A stretch of 64,000 nt of DNA from Camelus ferus (GCF_009834535.1 NC_045697.1:67334001-67398000), one strand, 5' to 3'; counted from the first letter of the stretch, positions 1 to 13,247 are shown. Translations and numbers: made by a program. The notes: generated by a model not told the origin, from the letters alone.

Positions 1-180
1 AAGTTTATCTTGACCTATTCTCTACTCTATTTGGTTAACCATATAGTTGCTGTATTTGGCTGAGCACTCTTAGGAATAAAATTGGACAAAAAGTAAAACT
101 CTAAAATTGCTCATGTTAATATCTCATATTTTCTCTTTCTATTTTTCATTGTATTCTGAATTTTTAAATACTATTCCTAA

Positions 181-801
181 TGTCAAATCCAAGTTTGTGT
201 TCCTTACACACAGTGAAGCCAAACAAACCAAAATTTCAGAATTTGGAGCAAAGAAAGATTTATTGCAAGGGCCAAGCAAGGAGAACGGGCAGCTCATGCT
301 CAAAAAGCCCAAAAATCTGTGATGGGTTTCAGGGAAGAGTTTTTAAAGGCAAATCTGGAGGGAGGGCTGCAGGGTATGTGATTAACTTCCTTGTGATTGG
401 TTGGTGGTGAGGTAATGGGGTGGTGTTCCAGAAATCTCAGTCATCAGCCCTCTGATTCCAACCAGTCTTGGGTACACATGCTTGTGCTCAGCCTGAAGTT
501 ACCATCATCTACCTGAGTGGGGATCCCAGCTCCTGTAGAGCTCAGAAATACGTATCAGATTGCTATGCATATCCCACAAGAAGGAACCAGGACCCTGCCC
601 CATCACTGCACTATTGTTTATTGACTGCCTTTCCTTTGTTTCTGCATTCCCTCCCTTCCGTAGTTAGTAACTTTTTGAATCTGCCCTTTGGAACTCAGGG
701 ATGGTCTAGGAGGCTGAAACCTTTTTCCTACAAACAAGAAATGGGGGACATGGAAAGGCTTTTGTACCTAGGAGGGCCCCACAGGACCCTACTGGGCTTC
801 A
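181..801 (-). mobile_element. Solo LTR, ERV1-like, family unassigned
   Basis: About 620-bp block, GC-richer than its flanks, with TG...CA termini (TGTC at 181, TTCA at 798-801). A minus-strand AATAAA (TTTATT at 259-264) lies near the 3' end. No convincing TSD. Confidence 0.7.
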
Positions 802-884
802 CTGTTACTTACTTAATAAAATCCAGTCTATATAGAAATTATATGCCTGATATTGTTGTATGAAATTCTCCAGGAAGAAACGGG

Positions 885-904
885 GTGTGTGTGTGTGTGT
901 GTGC
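885..904. repeat. (GT)n microsatellite
   Basis: Direct GT dinucleotide run. Confidence 0.9.
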
Positions 905-1549
905 GTGCACATTTGTTAAGGGTATTTGACAAAGCTTTATCTTTAGTCTGGACATTTCCCAAATAGACATGTTCTTTGTTTAAGCCCTCTTGACTGACAT
1001 TTATGTCACTGTAATGCAAAATTGGTTATATAATTTTAAAATGTTATATACAGTAAAAAAGTAGTGGCATTCAAGATTATATAGCTTATCCTTTTTTTTT
1101 TTTCAAAAAAATTTCAAAATCTTACATCTTTATTCCTATTTCATCTGTGCTTTTATTGTATCCCTGAAATTACTTCAGGAATATAATTTTGATGTGCCAC
1201 TTTTCCGTGTATTATCTTAGCAGTGTGTGGGAGACTGAACTTGAGGGCCCCCAGTGACACATGTCCCTTGATAGTCATGTTCTTGTAAGTCTTCTTCCAT
1301 ATCAACTGCAGGCAGGGCCATGTTGAATTTTTGGCCAATTCAACACTAACACTGGACATTAAACTGTCCTCTTGGAATATTCTTCATGGATTTCAGGTAC
1401 TACTTATATGAGGAATGCCAAGTATCCACATGAACTGGTCCACATAGAATAAAACTGTGGTCTCTAGCTGACAATCTTAGCTGTAGATTGTGTGAATGAA
1501 ATCATTTTGACCTCTAATTTTGCCCAATAATACCACATGGTAGGGGAGG

Positions 1550-1943
1550 AAACATTTTCTACCAAGTAAGTGACCAGAACAGAAAGCTTTTGTACATTTT
1601 AGATAAAGAAACAATAAATTCATGAGGAAATGACAAGACAAAAGGGTTTCGGCTGGGGAAGTAAATTGCTGGAAAGTGACTAGTTAATAAGTGGGGAGTA
1701 AACAGCTAGAGGAAGACAATACTATTTTAGTAAATTTGTATAAATCAATTTCAATGTTGAATCCCAGTCCCTGGTACAGGAAGGGTACCCTTTTTATGGA
1801 AAATTTTATGACCTGTTTTAGGTAGAAAGGGTAGGTTAGACAGCCCTTCCTGTATCCACCATTTCTCAGGTGCCTTAAGCTCAAAAAAATCAGTATGTGA
1901 AAATAGCATATTTTGGGGTGACATGTCTTGAACTTCTTTAACA
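1550..1943 (-). mobile_element. MER34-like ERV1 solo LTR, degraded
   Basis: Minus strand starts TGTTAAAGAAGTTCAAGACATGTCACCCCAAAATATGC...GAGCTTAAGGCA, resembling the MER34/MER39 LTR 5' end as recalled. Left boundary approximate. Confidence 0.65.
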
Positions 1944-4149
1944 TGAAGCTAGAAGTTAGAACTTATGGGAGAAGTTAAGGTTGGAGATGGATCTTTTGGG
2001 CCCATGTCTAAAGAGAAGTTGAGGAGAGCTATGTGAGTTGGAAATATTAATTAAGAGAGATTAGAGAAAGAACAGCAGTCAAAAACGTCTGATGAACACT
2101 TTTGTTCAGTACTTAAGCAACCGGAAGAGGATTTATAACAGGAGAAAAAACATGGAGAATGAGAAAAATGCTCATTCAACAAATATTTATTGAACATATA
2201 TCATTTACTACCCTGGGATAAAGAATAAGAAATAGGAAAAAATGGCCTTCATCAAAAATCTTATACTCTAGAAATGTTAAAGAAACAGGCTTAAAGATTT
2301 TTAACACTCATTAATAAAGGGAGGCTGATTTGAACGTCAAGTGCTTATGATCACACATTTTTATTGGGTCACGGGAAGGGACCTATGCCTTCACATCACT
2401 GTAAGATGAAGCTACTTCTCTTCTTTGTGCTATTATGTGAAATTCAGTTTATCAGACATAAAAACCACTCTTGTGTTTTTGATTGGAACACATGAAAGCA
2501 ATGTACCTTTGGTGAGTTAATGTACAGCTGCTGGAATCTGTACTCTTATAAATGTTGATAGCTTTTGGGGGTTTAAAAAGATCATATCTATCTCTCAGAA
2601 TATGTGAAAATTTCTTAGGTATATCTTTGATGACTTGAAGACCTAGTCATTCTAAAGCTGATTATTTTTTATTAGAGTATAATGGATATGGCCACTGTTA
2701 TTTCATAGAATGCTGTTTCTTGGACCTGTGTTTCTATGTTCTTACTGCTTCCCATCTTACCCAGACATGTTGTCGGACATAACCAATGATCAGCAAAAGT
2801 CTTTAAATCATCTTTACAATTAACTATCTTTATTTATGAGAAATTATCCAGTCTGTCTCCCCTTTTAAGTTTTTTGGGGAGACAAGTACAGTTTTTGGTA
2901 TATTCTCTAAGTTCCCATGAATCAGACTTAAGAAAAATAAAATTCTTTAGAATTACTGAATTTCTAAATTATTCATATTTATGGTTTCAAATATAAAAAG
3001 GCATATATTTGTGTAACACACACATATACACACACACACATATACATGTGCTGTGCATAATAGATTTATTCTTATGCCACAGTACAGCTGAGTTTCCAGA
3101 AAGCATTTTCTATAAATTAAAATAATCTCTCTTTCACACACACATACACACCCTTATGTACCAATCTGAAATTAGGGCTTCAAATAGTAAAATGCTATAA
3201 AAACCTTAATTGCAAAGGCATTAATGGCAACTTCTATAATGCTGGGAAACTATCCACTCAATAATGCCTCTCCAGAGAGGCTTGCAGACTACACACCTGC
3301 TTCAGTAAATGCAGAACCTGTGCTTCACTTCATCTCTTCAACCTTAAAACTGCTTAGAGTCTTCACTCTTTTCATTTTGATATATCTCTCATATGAGTGA
3401 CAAGTATATACTTGAGATAATAAAATGTGTTAGAATTGTCTGCTTGGCAGTGTTTTTGCTGATGTATTAATTCATTTCGTTTCACGTGCTATATCACCAT
3501 CATGTCTAACCAGATTTTATGAGAGGGCTCACTGAAGTGAAAATCAAGCCAACGACTCGTTTAATATGAACTAATGAAAACCAGATATAAAAGGCCTTAG
3601 TAACTGTTTTGGAGCTTTAATTGTCAAGTGGGTGTAAATTCTGAGCACTGCTAAATAAAGGAAAGGACTGTAATGAAGAAATTGGGATCACTTTGTGGTA
3701 ACTGGTTTAATTAGTCATGTAAACAATGATGTCCTGGACAAAGACACTGAAATAGGAAGGGGGTTAATGTTTTCCACAAGGTAGGAGATGCACTTTGAAA
3801 GAGAAAAGAGAACAGTTTTGTTATCTTTCTTTTCCAAGGTTTGAGAGAAAATCATCATTAGCATGTCATAGCCATTTAAACAAAGCTCACTTTGTTCAGA
3901 GTAATCCATAAGAATATTTACATTTAAAAAAAAACTAACAAAGTATTTCAAAACTCCTGTTTTGTATTTATGGTATTGATGTGATAAATTTGTGGTTTGC
4001 CATGTGATTATCTATTACAATGTACAAAGAGGTGCTACAAAGAGGATAGCTATAAATATAGCCCATCGACTGTTCCTGGATGTTGAAAAGGTATTTTTAT
4101 AGTATTAAATCAGGCATTGTCTATAATAATTGATTTAGGAAAAGGTAAC

Positions 4150-5000
4150 AAGTGATGCCATGAGGTGACGTGGAAGATTTTTAGGGAATAAATATTGGTA
4201 GGATGCCAAGGTATCATCCAACAGATAATTTACTAAATACGAAGAAAAAAATTACAAATTTATGATGAAGATATCTATAAATCAGATCCTTGAATAGGTT
4301 ATCAAATTAAGCATCATCACTGATAATGCTGCTTTATATGATACAGTAAGGAATATAGAGCATCACTTAGGTAATATTTGTACCAAATGATTTAAACTGA
4401 ATTTAATCACAGGAAGCAAGCAGAGAAATCCAGAAGGTAGAGCATTTTACAAACAACTGGCCTGGATGCTTAAACAACAACTAAAGCCCCCAAAACCTCA
4501 CAGTGTCATAAAACAGAAAACAAAACAAAAATTCCAAAATATGAAAGGAGAAGGCATAGTTCTTATTTAAGAGACAGAGTATGAAAGGAAATTACTAATT
4601 TTGGATAGAAAAAGAAAGAAGTAAGATTATGAAATACTTCTTCTGGGGAATATTGAAATCTATAATGTTTTCTGGGTAGTATCACATTAATATTGACTTT
4701 CTTAATATGATAATAGTATTGTGGTAATGTAGGTGATTGTCTTATTCTTAGGATATGTATGTTGAAGTAGGGCTTAAGTGTCATGATGTCTGCAACTTTC
4801 TGTCAAGAGATTAATCAAAATGCTACCCCCACCCCAGAAAAAAAAACCACACACACAAAGAAAAACAAAAAGAGGAAGAGATAGAGCAAATGCGGCAAAA
4901 TGTTTACAGTTTGGTTTATGTAACTGAAGAGTGTATGAGTGTTCACTTTACTAATATTTCAGCTTTTCTGTAGATTTAATATCTTCAAAATAAAAAAACT
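4150..5000 (+). mobile_element. Ancient L1 (L1ME-type) 3' UTR fragment
   Basis: Motifs ACAACTGGCCTGGA, GTATTGTGGTAATGTAGG, TCATGATGTCTGCAACTT and GCAAATGCGGCAAAATGTT, ending in AAAATAAAAAAA. Confidence 0.65.
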
Positions 5001-5697
5001 GAAGAAGATTGGCATTCCATATGGTATTGCATAAAAATAATTGTATTTGGGGCCTGCTGAATAGGGAGGTACATACTTTAGTTGAAGAATTTAGATCTCC
5101 TTACCACCCAGTGTTAACTAAACTCAGCGTTTTGAATATCCAGATAAATTAAATAATTCAGAATGTTAATTATTTCCTGAAAAGTCACAGCCCAAATTTC
5201 TCATGGCATAAAAGACTCAATTATTTCAGTTGTTTTTTGCTCAGTATCACAGCTAGCATTATATTTAGCTTCTTAAATTATAAGGATGAAAAAAATTTCA
5301 AAGGGATTAGTCAGTGCCGCTCTATAATTTCAATCAGGAAAGTTTATTTTTGCAAATTTTAAAAAATGCTAAATTAAAAAGAAACTCATTCTTAAAAAGA
5401 CATATTACATGCATTTTTATATAAGCATTTAAACAGCCTTAGAAAATGTACAATTGAGTTATTTTGTTCACACCATTAATTAACTTATTTTGTTCAATAA
5501 TTTAATTTCCCTTACTCTTGCAACTAGATATATTTAGATGTTTGTCAAAAATCAACAGATAATACTCATGAACATAGAATTGAAAATATCTATCAAGCTG
5601 TTTCTCAAAATAGTGAAGTGCCTAAGTATGGAAGAAGCTGTTAATGAGAGTTTGATTACATGAGCTTTATGCTTTGTTAACCTAGCTCATTATCATA

Positions 5698-8039
5698 CAG
5701 GCATACCTCAGAGACATTGTATGTTTGGTTCCAGAACACATCAATAAAGCAAATATCACAATAAAGTGAGTCAACTGAACGTTTTGGTTTCCTATTGCAT
5801 ATAAAAGTTATGTGTATGCTACACTGTAGTCTATTAAGTGTGCAATAGCATTATGTCTAAAAAATAATAATTAAAAATACTTTATTTCTAAAAAAATGCT
5901 AACCATATCTGAGACTTAGGCAGTTGTAATCTGTTTGCTGGTGGAGGGTCTTACCTCTATGTTGATGGTTGCTGACTGATCAGGATGGTGATTGCTAAAG
6001 GTTGATGTGGCTGTGACAGTTTCTCAGAATAAGACAAGAATAAAATTTGCTGACTCCATTGATTCTTCCTTTTGCATGTGGTTTCTCTGTAGCTTGCAAT
6101 GCTGTTTGATAGTATTTTACCCACAGTAGAACTTCTTTCAAAATTGAAGTCAGTCCTTTCAAACCCTGCCACTGCCTTATTAAGTAAGCTTATGTAATAT
6201 TCTAAATACTGTATAGTCATTTCAACAATCTTCACAGATCTTTACCAGGAGTAGATTCTATCTCAAGAAACTGCTTTATTTGCTCATTGATAAGAAGCAA
6301 GTCCTTATCCATTAGGGGTTTATCATGCAGCAATTCAGTCACATTTCAAGCTCCACTTCAAATTCTAGTTCTCTTGCAGTTCCTTCCTCCACTTAAGTAT
6401 TGAATCCCTTAACCCCATGAGGGATAGAATCAACTTTTTACAAACTCCTGTGAATGTTGATATTTTGACCTCTTCCCATGAATCATGAATGTTCTTACTG
6501 GCATGTAGAATGGTGAATCTTTTCCATAAGTTTTTCAACTGAGTTTGCCCATAGCCATCAGAGGAATCACTATTTGATGGTTGCTAGAGCCTTACAAAAT
6601 GTACTTTGTAAATAATAAGACTTAAAAGCCAGAATTGCTCCTTGAGTCATGGGCTGCACAATGGATGTTGTATTAGCAAGCATGAAAACAACATTCATCT
6701 TATTGTACGTCATTGTCAGAGGCTTGGGTGATGAGGTGCATTGTCAATGAGAGTAATATTTTGAAAGGAATCTTTTTTTTTTTTTTTCCTGAGCAGTAGT
6801 TCTCAACAGTGGGCTTAAAATAATCAGTAAACCATGTTGTAAACAGATGTGCTATCATTCAGGCTTTGTTGTGTCATTTATAGAGTACAGGCAGAGTAGA
6901 TTTAGCATAATTTTTAAGGGCCCTACGATTTTTTCAGAATGGTAAATTTACCAGGTACATTACCCCTAATAAGAGAGTCAGCTTGTCCTTTGAAACTTTG
7001 AAACCAGGCATTGACTTCTCCTCTCTAGCTATGAAAATCCTAGATGGCATCTTCTTCCAATAGTCTGCATTCAAAATCTGTTGTGTTGTATAGCCAGTTT
7101 CATTAGTTATCTTAGCTAGATCTCCTGGATAACTTGCTGCAGCTTTTGAATCAGCACTTGCTACCTCACCTTGCACTTTTATGTTATGGAGTTGACTTCT
7201 TTTCTTAAACCTCATCAGCTAACCTCTGCTGGCTTCAAGTTTTTTTTCTGAAGCTTCCTCACCTCTTTCAGCCTTCACAGAATTGAAGAGAATTAGGTCC
7301 TTGCTCTGGATTAGGCTTTGACTTAAGGGAATGTTGTGGCTGATTTGATCTATCTAGACTTTTACACTAAGTTAAAACTTTGTCCATATCAGCAGTAAGG
7401 CTGTTTCACATTCTTACATTTGCGTGTTCATTGGAGTAGCACCATAAATCTCCTTCAAGAACGTTTCCCTTACATTCACAACTTGGCTAGTTAGTTTTGT
7501 GCAAGATGCCTAGCTTTCAGCCTATATCAGCTTTCAACATACCTTCCTCACTAGACAATCATTTCTAGCTTTTGACTGAAAGTGAGAGACATGTGACTTT
7601 TTCACTTGAACACTTAGAGTCCATTGTAGGATTATTAATTGGCCTAATTTCAATATTGTTTTGTCTTAGAATAGGAAGGTCTGAGGTAAGGGATAGAGAT
7701 GGCGGAATGGCCAGTTGGTGGAGCAGTCAGAACACACACAACATTCATTGATTGTTAGCAGTCTTACATGGGCATGGCTCGTAGTGCCTCAAAACAATTA
7801 TCAAAGATCACTGATTACAGATCACCATTACAAATGTAATAATAATGAAAAAGTTTGAAATACCATCAGAATTACCTAAATGTGAAACAGAAACACAAAG
7901 TGAGCAAATGCTGTTGGAAAAACCGTGTGAATAGACTTGCTCGAAGCAGAGTTCCTACAAACATTCAGTTTGTAAAAACCTTCAATTTGCAGTATCTGGG
8001 AAGCATAATGAATTGAAACAATAAAAGAGGGCATGCACA
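5698..8039 (-). mobile_element. Tigger1 (pogo/Tc1-mariner) DNA transposon, near full length, transposase disrupted
   Basis: Left terminal inverted repeat CAGGCATACCTC at 5698 is preceded by TA; degenerate right TIR near 8028-8039. Minus-strand ORF fragments match pogo transposase ([22 protein letters not shown]..., [54 protein letters not shown]). Length about 2.34 kb. Confidence 0.92.
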
Positions 8040-8184
8040 CGTGTGATATGGAAGAATCCCAAGAATACAAGGATGATACAGTGTCAAAAAATGTATTAAT
8101 GTTACACAATCAGTAGATCAAATACATCAAAATCAGTCTTTTCAAGAGGCCCCTCAAAATTTGATAACATTCAAACAATTCCTA

Positions 8185-9084
8185 TTAAAAACTCAATCCT
8201 CTTAGCACTGCCTTTGCTGTGTCCCATAGGTTTTGAGTGGTTGTGCTTTCATTATCATTTGTCTCAAGGTATTTTTTAATTTCAGCTTTGATTTCCTCAT
8301 TGATCCATTGTTTTTTCAATAACATATTGTTTAATCTCCATGCTTTCGTTTTTTTCTCCTTTGTTTCTCTGTTGTTGATTTCCAGTTTCATGGCATTGTG
8401 GTCAGTAAAGATGCTTGAGATAATTTCTATCTTCTTAAAATTGTTGAGGTTTCTTTTGTGTCCAAGTACATGATCGATCCTGGAAAATGTTCCATGTGCA
8501 CTTGAAAAGAATGTATATCCTATTTTTTGGGGGTGTAATGCTCTGAAAATATCCACCAAATCTAGTTTTTCTATTGTAGTATTTAATTTCTCTGTTGCCT
8601 TGTTTATTTTCTGTCTGGAAGATCTGTCTAGTGATGTTAATGCAGTGTTAAATTCTCCAACTATGATTGTATTCCCATCAATATCCCCCTTTATCTCTGT
8701 TAGTAATTCTTGTATGTACTTAGGTGCTCCTATATTGGGTGCATATATATTAACGAGTGTGATATCCTCATCTTGTATCACTCCTTTAATCATTATAAAA
8801 TGTCCTTCTTTATCTTTCTTTATGGCCTTTGTTTTAAAGTCTATTTTGTCTGAAATCAGTACTGCAACACCTGCTTTTTGGGCTTTTCCATTTGCATGGA
8901 ATATCCTTTTCCATCCTTTCACTCTCAATCTATATGTGTCCTTCTCCCTAAAGTGGGTCTCTTGTATGCAGCATATTGAAGGTTCTTGCTTTATTATCCA
9001 GTCTGCCACTCTGTGTCTTTTGACTGGAGCATTTAGTCCATTAACATTTACAGTAATTAATGATAGATGTGTGTTTATTGCCAT
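8185..9084 (-). pseudogene. L1 ORF2p N-terminal APE-like endonuclease ORF (299 aa, inverted segment)
   Basis: Motifs NVNGLN, CCIQETH, NIYAPN, GEFNT (canonical GDFNT), SRIDH, TDH, ending [11 protein letters not shown]. The stop codon comes from flanking sequence. Confidence 0.93.
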
Positions 9085-12000
9085 TTTGAACTTATCTTTG
9101 CAGTTGAATTGGTATATCCTCTTTGTTCCTTTCTTCTTCCTTTTGTGGTTTGGTAGTTTTCCTTTGTATTATCCTGGATTTTATTTAATTTTTGTGACTC
9201 CTTTGTAAATTTTTGGCTTGTGGTTACCCTTTTTTGTAAATCTATCAACCCATTACTATAACTGTTTTTATTAAACTGATAGTAACATGATCTCAAACCC
9301 ATCCTACTGTTAAAAAAATTTAAAAAAGAAAGAAAAAAATATTCTATATTTCCCTGCCTCCCTCTCCCACTCTCAGTGATTTGTATGTCTTCTTTTATAA
9401 TTTCATGTTTACTTTATTTGTAATTCATGAGTTATCACCTTTCCAGTTGTGTGTTTCTCATTTCTGTAGCATCCTGCTGCTTTTCTATTTATAGGAAGTT
9501 TATAGCGATACAGGCCTTCCTCAAAAAAGAACAATCTCAAATAAACAATTTAACCCACCACCTGAATGAATTAGAAAAAGAAGAACAAAAAGCCCCAAAA
9601 AGCAGCAGAAGGAAGGAAATAATAAAGATCAGAGAGGAATTAAATACAATAGAGATTAACAAGACCATAGAAAAAATCAACCAAACCAAAAGCTGGTTTT
9701 TTGAAAAAGTAAATAAAATCGACAAACCTCTGGCCAAACTCACAAAGAAGAAAAAAGAGAGAGCACAAATTAGCAAAATAAGAAAGGAAAATGGAGAAAT
9801 TACAACAAATAACATAGAAATACAGAATATCATACGAGAATATTATGAAAAACTATATGGAACCAAACTGGATAACCTAGAGGAGATGGACAAGTTTCTG
9901 GAAACATACTGTCCACCAAAACTGAATCAAGAAGAATCTGAACACTTGAACAATCCGATCACTAGAAAGGAAATAGAAATAGCAATTAAAAACCTCCCTA
10001 CAAATAAAAGTCCAGGACCGGACGGCTTCACCGGGGAATTCTACCAAATATACAAAGAAGAACTCATACCAGTCCTTCTCAAACTCTTCCAGACGATTGA
10101 AAAGGAGGGAATACTCCCAAACTCATTCTATGAAGCCACCATCACCCTGATACCAAAACCAGGCAAAGACACTACAAAAAAAGAGAATTATAGGCCAATA
10201 TCACTGATGAACATAGACGCCAAAATCCTCACCAAAATTTTAGCAAATAGAATCCAACAACACATAAAAAAGATTATGCATCATGACCAAGTGGGGTTCA
10301 TCCCAGGGACACAAGGCTGGTTCAACATACGCAAATCAATCAGTGTAATACATCACATCAACAAGAGAAAGGACAAAAATCACATGATCATTTCAATCGA
10401 TGCAGAAAAAGCATTTGATAAAATTCAACACCCATTTATGATAAAAACTCTCGCCAAAGTGGGTATAGAGGGAACATATCTCAACATAATAAAAGCTATA
10501 TATGACAAACTTACAGCCAGCATAGTACTCAACGGTGAAAAACTCAAAAGCTTCCCACTAAAATCTGGGACAAGACAAGGATGCCCACTATCACCACTCC
10601 TATTCAACATAGTCCTGGAAGTCCTAGCCACAGCAGTCAGGCAAGAGAAAGAAATAAAAGGGATCCAAATTGGAAAAGAAGAGGTAAAAGTGTCATTATA
10701 TGCTGATGACATGTTACTATATATAGAAAACCCTAAAAGGTCCACACAAAAGCTACTAGAGCTGATTGAAGAATTCAGCAAGGTAGCAGGTTACAAAATT
10801 AACGTTCAAAAATCAGTTGCATTTCTTTACGCTAATGATAAATCAACAGAAGAAGAAAGTAAAGAAACAATCCCCTTTAAAATAGCACCCAAAGTAATAA
10901 AATATCTGGGAATAAATCTAACCAAGGAGGTGAAAGAATTATACACAAAAAACTATAAACCATTGATGAAGGAAATTAAAGAAGACTTTAAAAAATGGAA
11001 AGATATTCCATGCTCTTGGATTGGAAGAACCAATATTGTTAAAATGGTCACACTGCCCAAGGCAATCTACAGATTTAATGCAATCCCTATCCAATTACCC
11101 AGGACATATTTCACAGAACTAGAAAAAATCATAATAAAATTCATATGGAACCATCAAAGACCTAGAATTGCCAAAGCATTACTGAAGAGAAAGAAAGAGG
11201 CTGGAGGAATAACTCTCCCAGACTTCAGACAATACTATAGAGCTACAGTCATCAAGACAGCATGGTATTGGTACCAAAACAGACATATAGACCAATGGAA
11301 CAGAATAGAGAGCCCAGAAATGAACCCACAAACTTTTGGTCAACTCATCTTTGACAAAGGAGGCAAGAATATACATTGGAATAAAGACAGTCTCTTCAGC
11401 AAATGGTGTTGGGAAAACTGAACAGCAGCATGTAAAACAATGAAGCTAGAACACTCCCTTACACCATATACAAAAATCAACTCAAAATGGATTAAAGACT
11501 TAAACATAAGACAAGATACAATAAACCTCCTAGAGGAAAACATAGGCAAAACATTATCTGACATGCATCTAAAAAATGTTCTCCTAGGACAGTCTACCCA
11601 AGCAATAGAAATAAAAGCAAGAATAAACAAATGGGACTTAATGAAACTTATAAGCTTCTGCACAGCAAAGGAAACAAGTAAAACAAAAAGACAACCTACG
11701 GAATGGGAGAAAATGTTTGCAAATGAAACTGATAAAGCCTTGATCTCCAGAATATATAAGCAGCTCATAAGACTTAATAAGAAAAAAACAAACAACCCAA
11801 TCCAAAAATGGGCAGAAGACCTAAACAAGCAGTTCTCCAAGGAAGACATACAAATGATCAATAGGCACATGAAAAAATGCTCAATATCACTAATTATCAG
11901 AGAAATGCAAATCAAAACTACAATGAGGTATCACCTCACACCAGTCAGAATGGCCGTCATTCAAAAATCCACAAATGACAAATGCTGGAGAGGCTGTGGA

Positions 12001-12559
12001 GAAAGGGGAACCCTCCTACACTGCTGGTGGGAATGCAGTTTGGTGCAGCCACTATGGAAAACAGTGTGGAGATTCCTCAAAAGACTAGGAATAGACTTAC
12101 CATATGACCCAGGAATCCCACTCCTGGGCTTGTATCCAGAAGGAAATCTACTTCAGGATGACACCTGCACCCCAATGTTCATAGCAGGACTATTTACAAT
12201 AGCCAAAACATGGAAACAGCCTAAATGTCCATCAACAGGTGACTGGATAAAGAAGAGGTGGTATATTTATACAATGGAATATACTACTCAGCCATAAAAA
12301 CCGACAACATAATGCCATTTGCAGCAACATGGATGTTACTGGAGAATGTCATTCTAAGTGAAGTAAGCCAGAAAGAGAAAGAAAAATACCATATGAGATC
12401 GCTCATATGTGGAATCTAAAAAACAAAAACAAGAACAAACAAACAAACAAAAACAAAGCGTAAATAAAGGACAGAAATAGACTCACAGACAGAGAATACA
12501 GACTTGTGGTTACCAGGGGAGTGGAGGGTGGGAAGGGATAGACTGGGATTAAAAAAAAA
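8200..12559 (+). mobile_element. Young LINE-1 with 5' inversion (twin priming): inverted part 8200-9493, direct part 9494-12550, poly(A)
   Basis: 13-bp TSD AAAAACTCAATCC at 8187-8199 and 12560-12572, TT/AAAA endonuclease site, A-run from 12551. ORF2p EN domain on the minus strand; RT and C-terminal domains on the plus strand. Confidence 0.96.
9494..12420 (+). pseudogene. L1 ORF2p linker, reverse transcriptase and Cys-rich C-terminus
   Basis: Motifs [37 protein letters not shown] and CWRGCGE...HCWWEC. One premature TGA at 11419-11421 and a frameshift near 12280-12297. Confidence 0.95.
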
Positions 12560-13130
12560 AAAAACTCAATCCATTCTACTAAAGAATAAACCCACCCAGG
12601 AATTAGATTCTAGGTAACCTTATAAAAAGTATTTGCTTCAAATAAACAGCTAACATCAATTGAACAGTACAACTTTAAAGGCATTCTCCATAAAATCAGC
12701 AATATTTAAAGATTGACAGTAACACTATTATTTTTACCCTTTTTGGGAGGTAGGTTTTATATGATACAATTTGACTTGAAATAGAGATGGGAACTATAAT
12801 TTTGGCAATAAGGAAAATAAATCATCATTACTTACAGAGTATATTAATATATACTTGTAAAACAAAAATGATTTGGTGGAAGGAAATAGACACAATAGGA
12901 AAATTCAGTAAAGCATTTGGATCAAGTATAATAAGTAACTTTCTCATTCAAAATATCAGTTAGAAAACATTAAAAATGTTTATTCATAATAACACCATAA
13001 ATTACAAAACTCCAAGAATTAAATTTAAGAGGATATTATTAAGGTATATGTGAGGCAAGTTAAAAAACTTCTTTTGATAAACGATTAATTTGAAAAAAAC
13101 AAGTTTTCACTTACAGGAAAATAGTTAACT

Positions 13131-13247
13131 ATCTTGCTGGTACCTTGTTCTTAGACTTGCCAGCTTCCAGAACTTGTGAGAAATATATTTATATTGTTTA
13201 AACCAGTCGATGATATTTTGTTAAGACAGCACAAGTGGACTAATATA
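13131..13247 (+). mobile_element. MLT1 (MaLR) LTR 3' fragment
   Basis: CTTGCTGGTACCTTG...GACTTGCCAGCTTCCAGAACTTGTGAGAAATA...GACTAATA matches an MLT1 3' end. Confidence 0.7.

Larger units (their letters stand above)
8040..13125 (+). mobile_element. Very old L1 ORF2 remnant in two parts (8040-8199 and 12560-13125), split by the young L1
   Basis: Degraded RT-region similarity (ATCCCAAGAATACAAGGATG, AAATTTGATAACATTCAA, ACAGCTAACATC, GCATTCTCCATAAAATCAG) is continuous across the young L1's TSD. Confidence 0.55.

Noticed and set aside
107..863. ORFs 107-322, 180-410 and 468-863 as genes
   Set aside because: They lie mostly within a solo LTR and have no recognisable protein motifs.
8185..11421. 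RT plus nuclease pair as a retron, DGR or CRISPR-associated RT-like system
   Set aside because: Both ORFs are pieces of one LINE-1 ORF2p separated by twin priming. The context is mammalian, with no array or ncRNA partner.
8237..11915. Hydrophobic ORFs 8237-8473, 8600-9208, 9537-9833, 10425-10781 and 11340-11915 (also 43881-44456 and 45050-45370) as membrane proteins
   Set aside because: They are antisense shadows of the A-rich L1 ORF2 coding strand.
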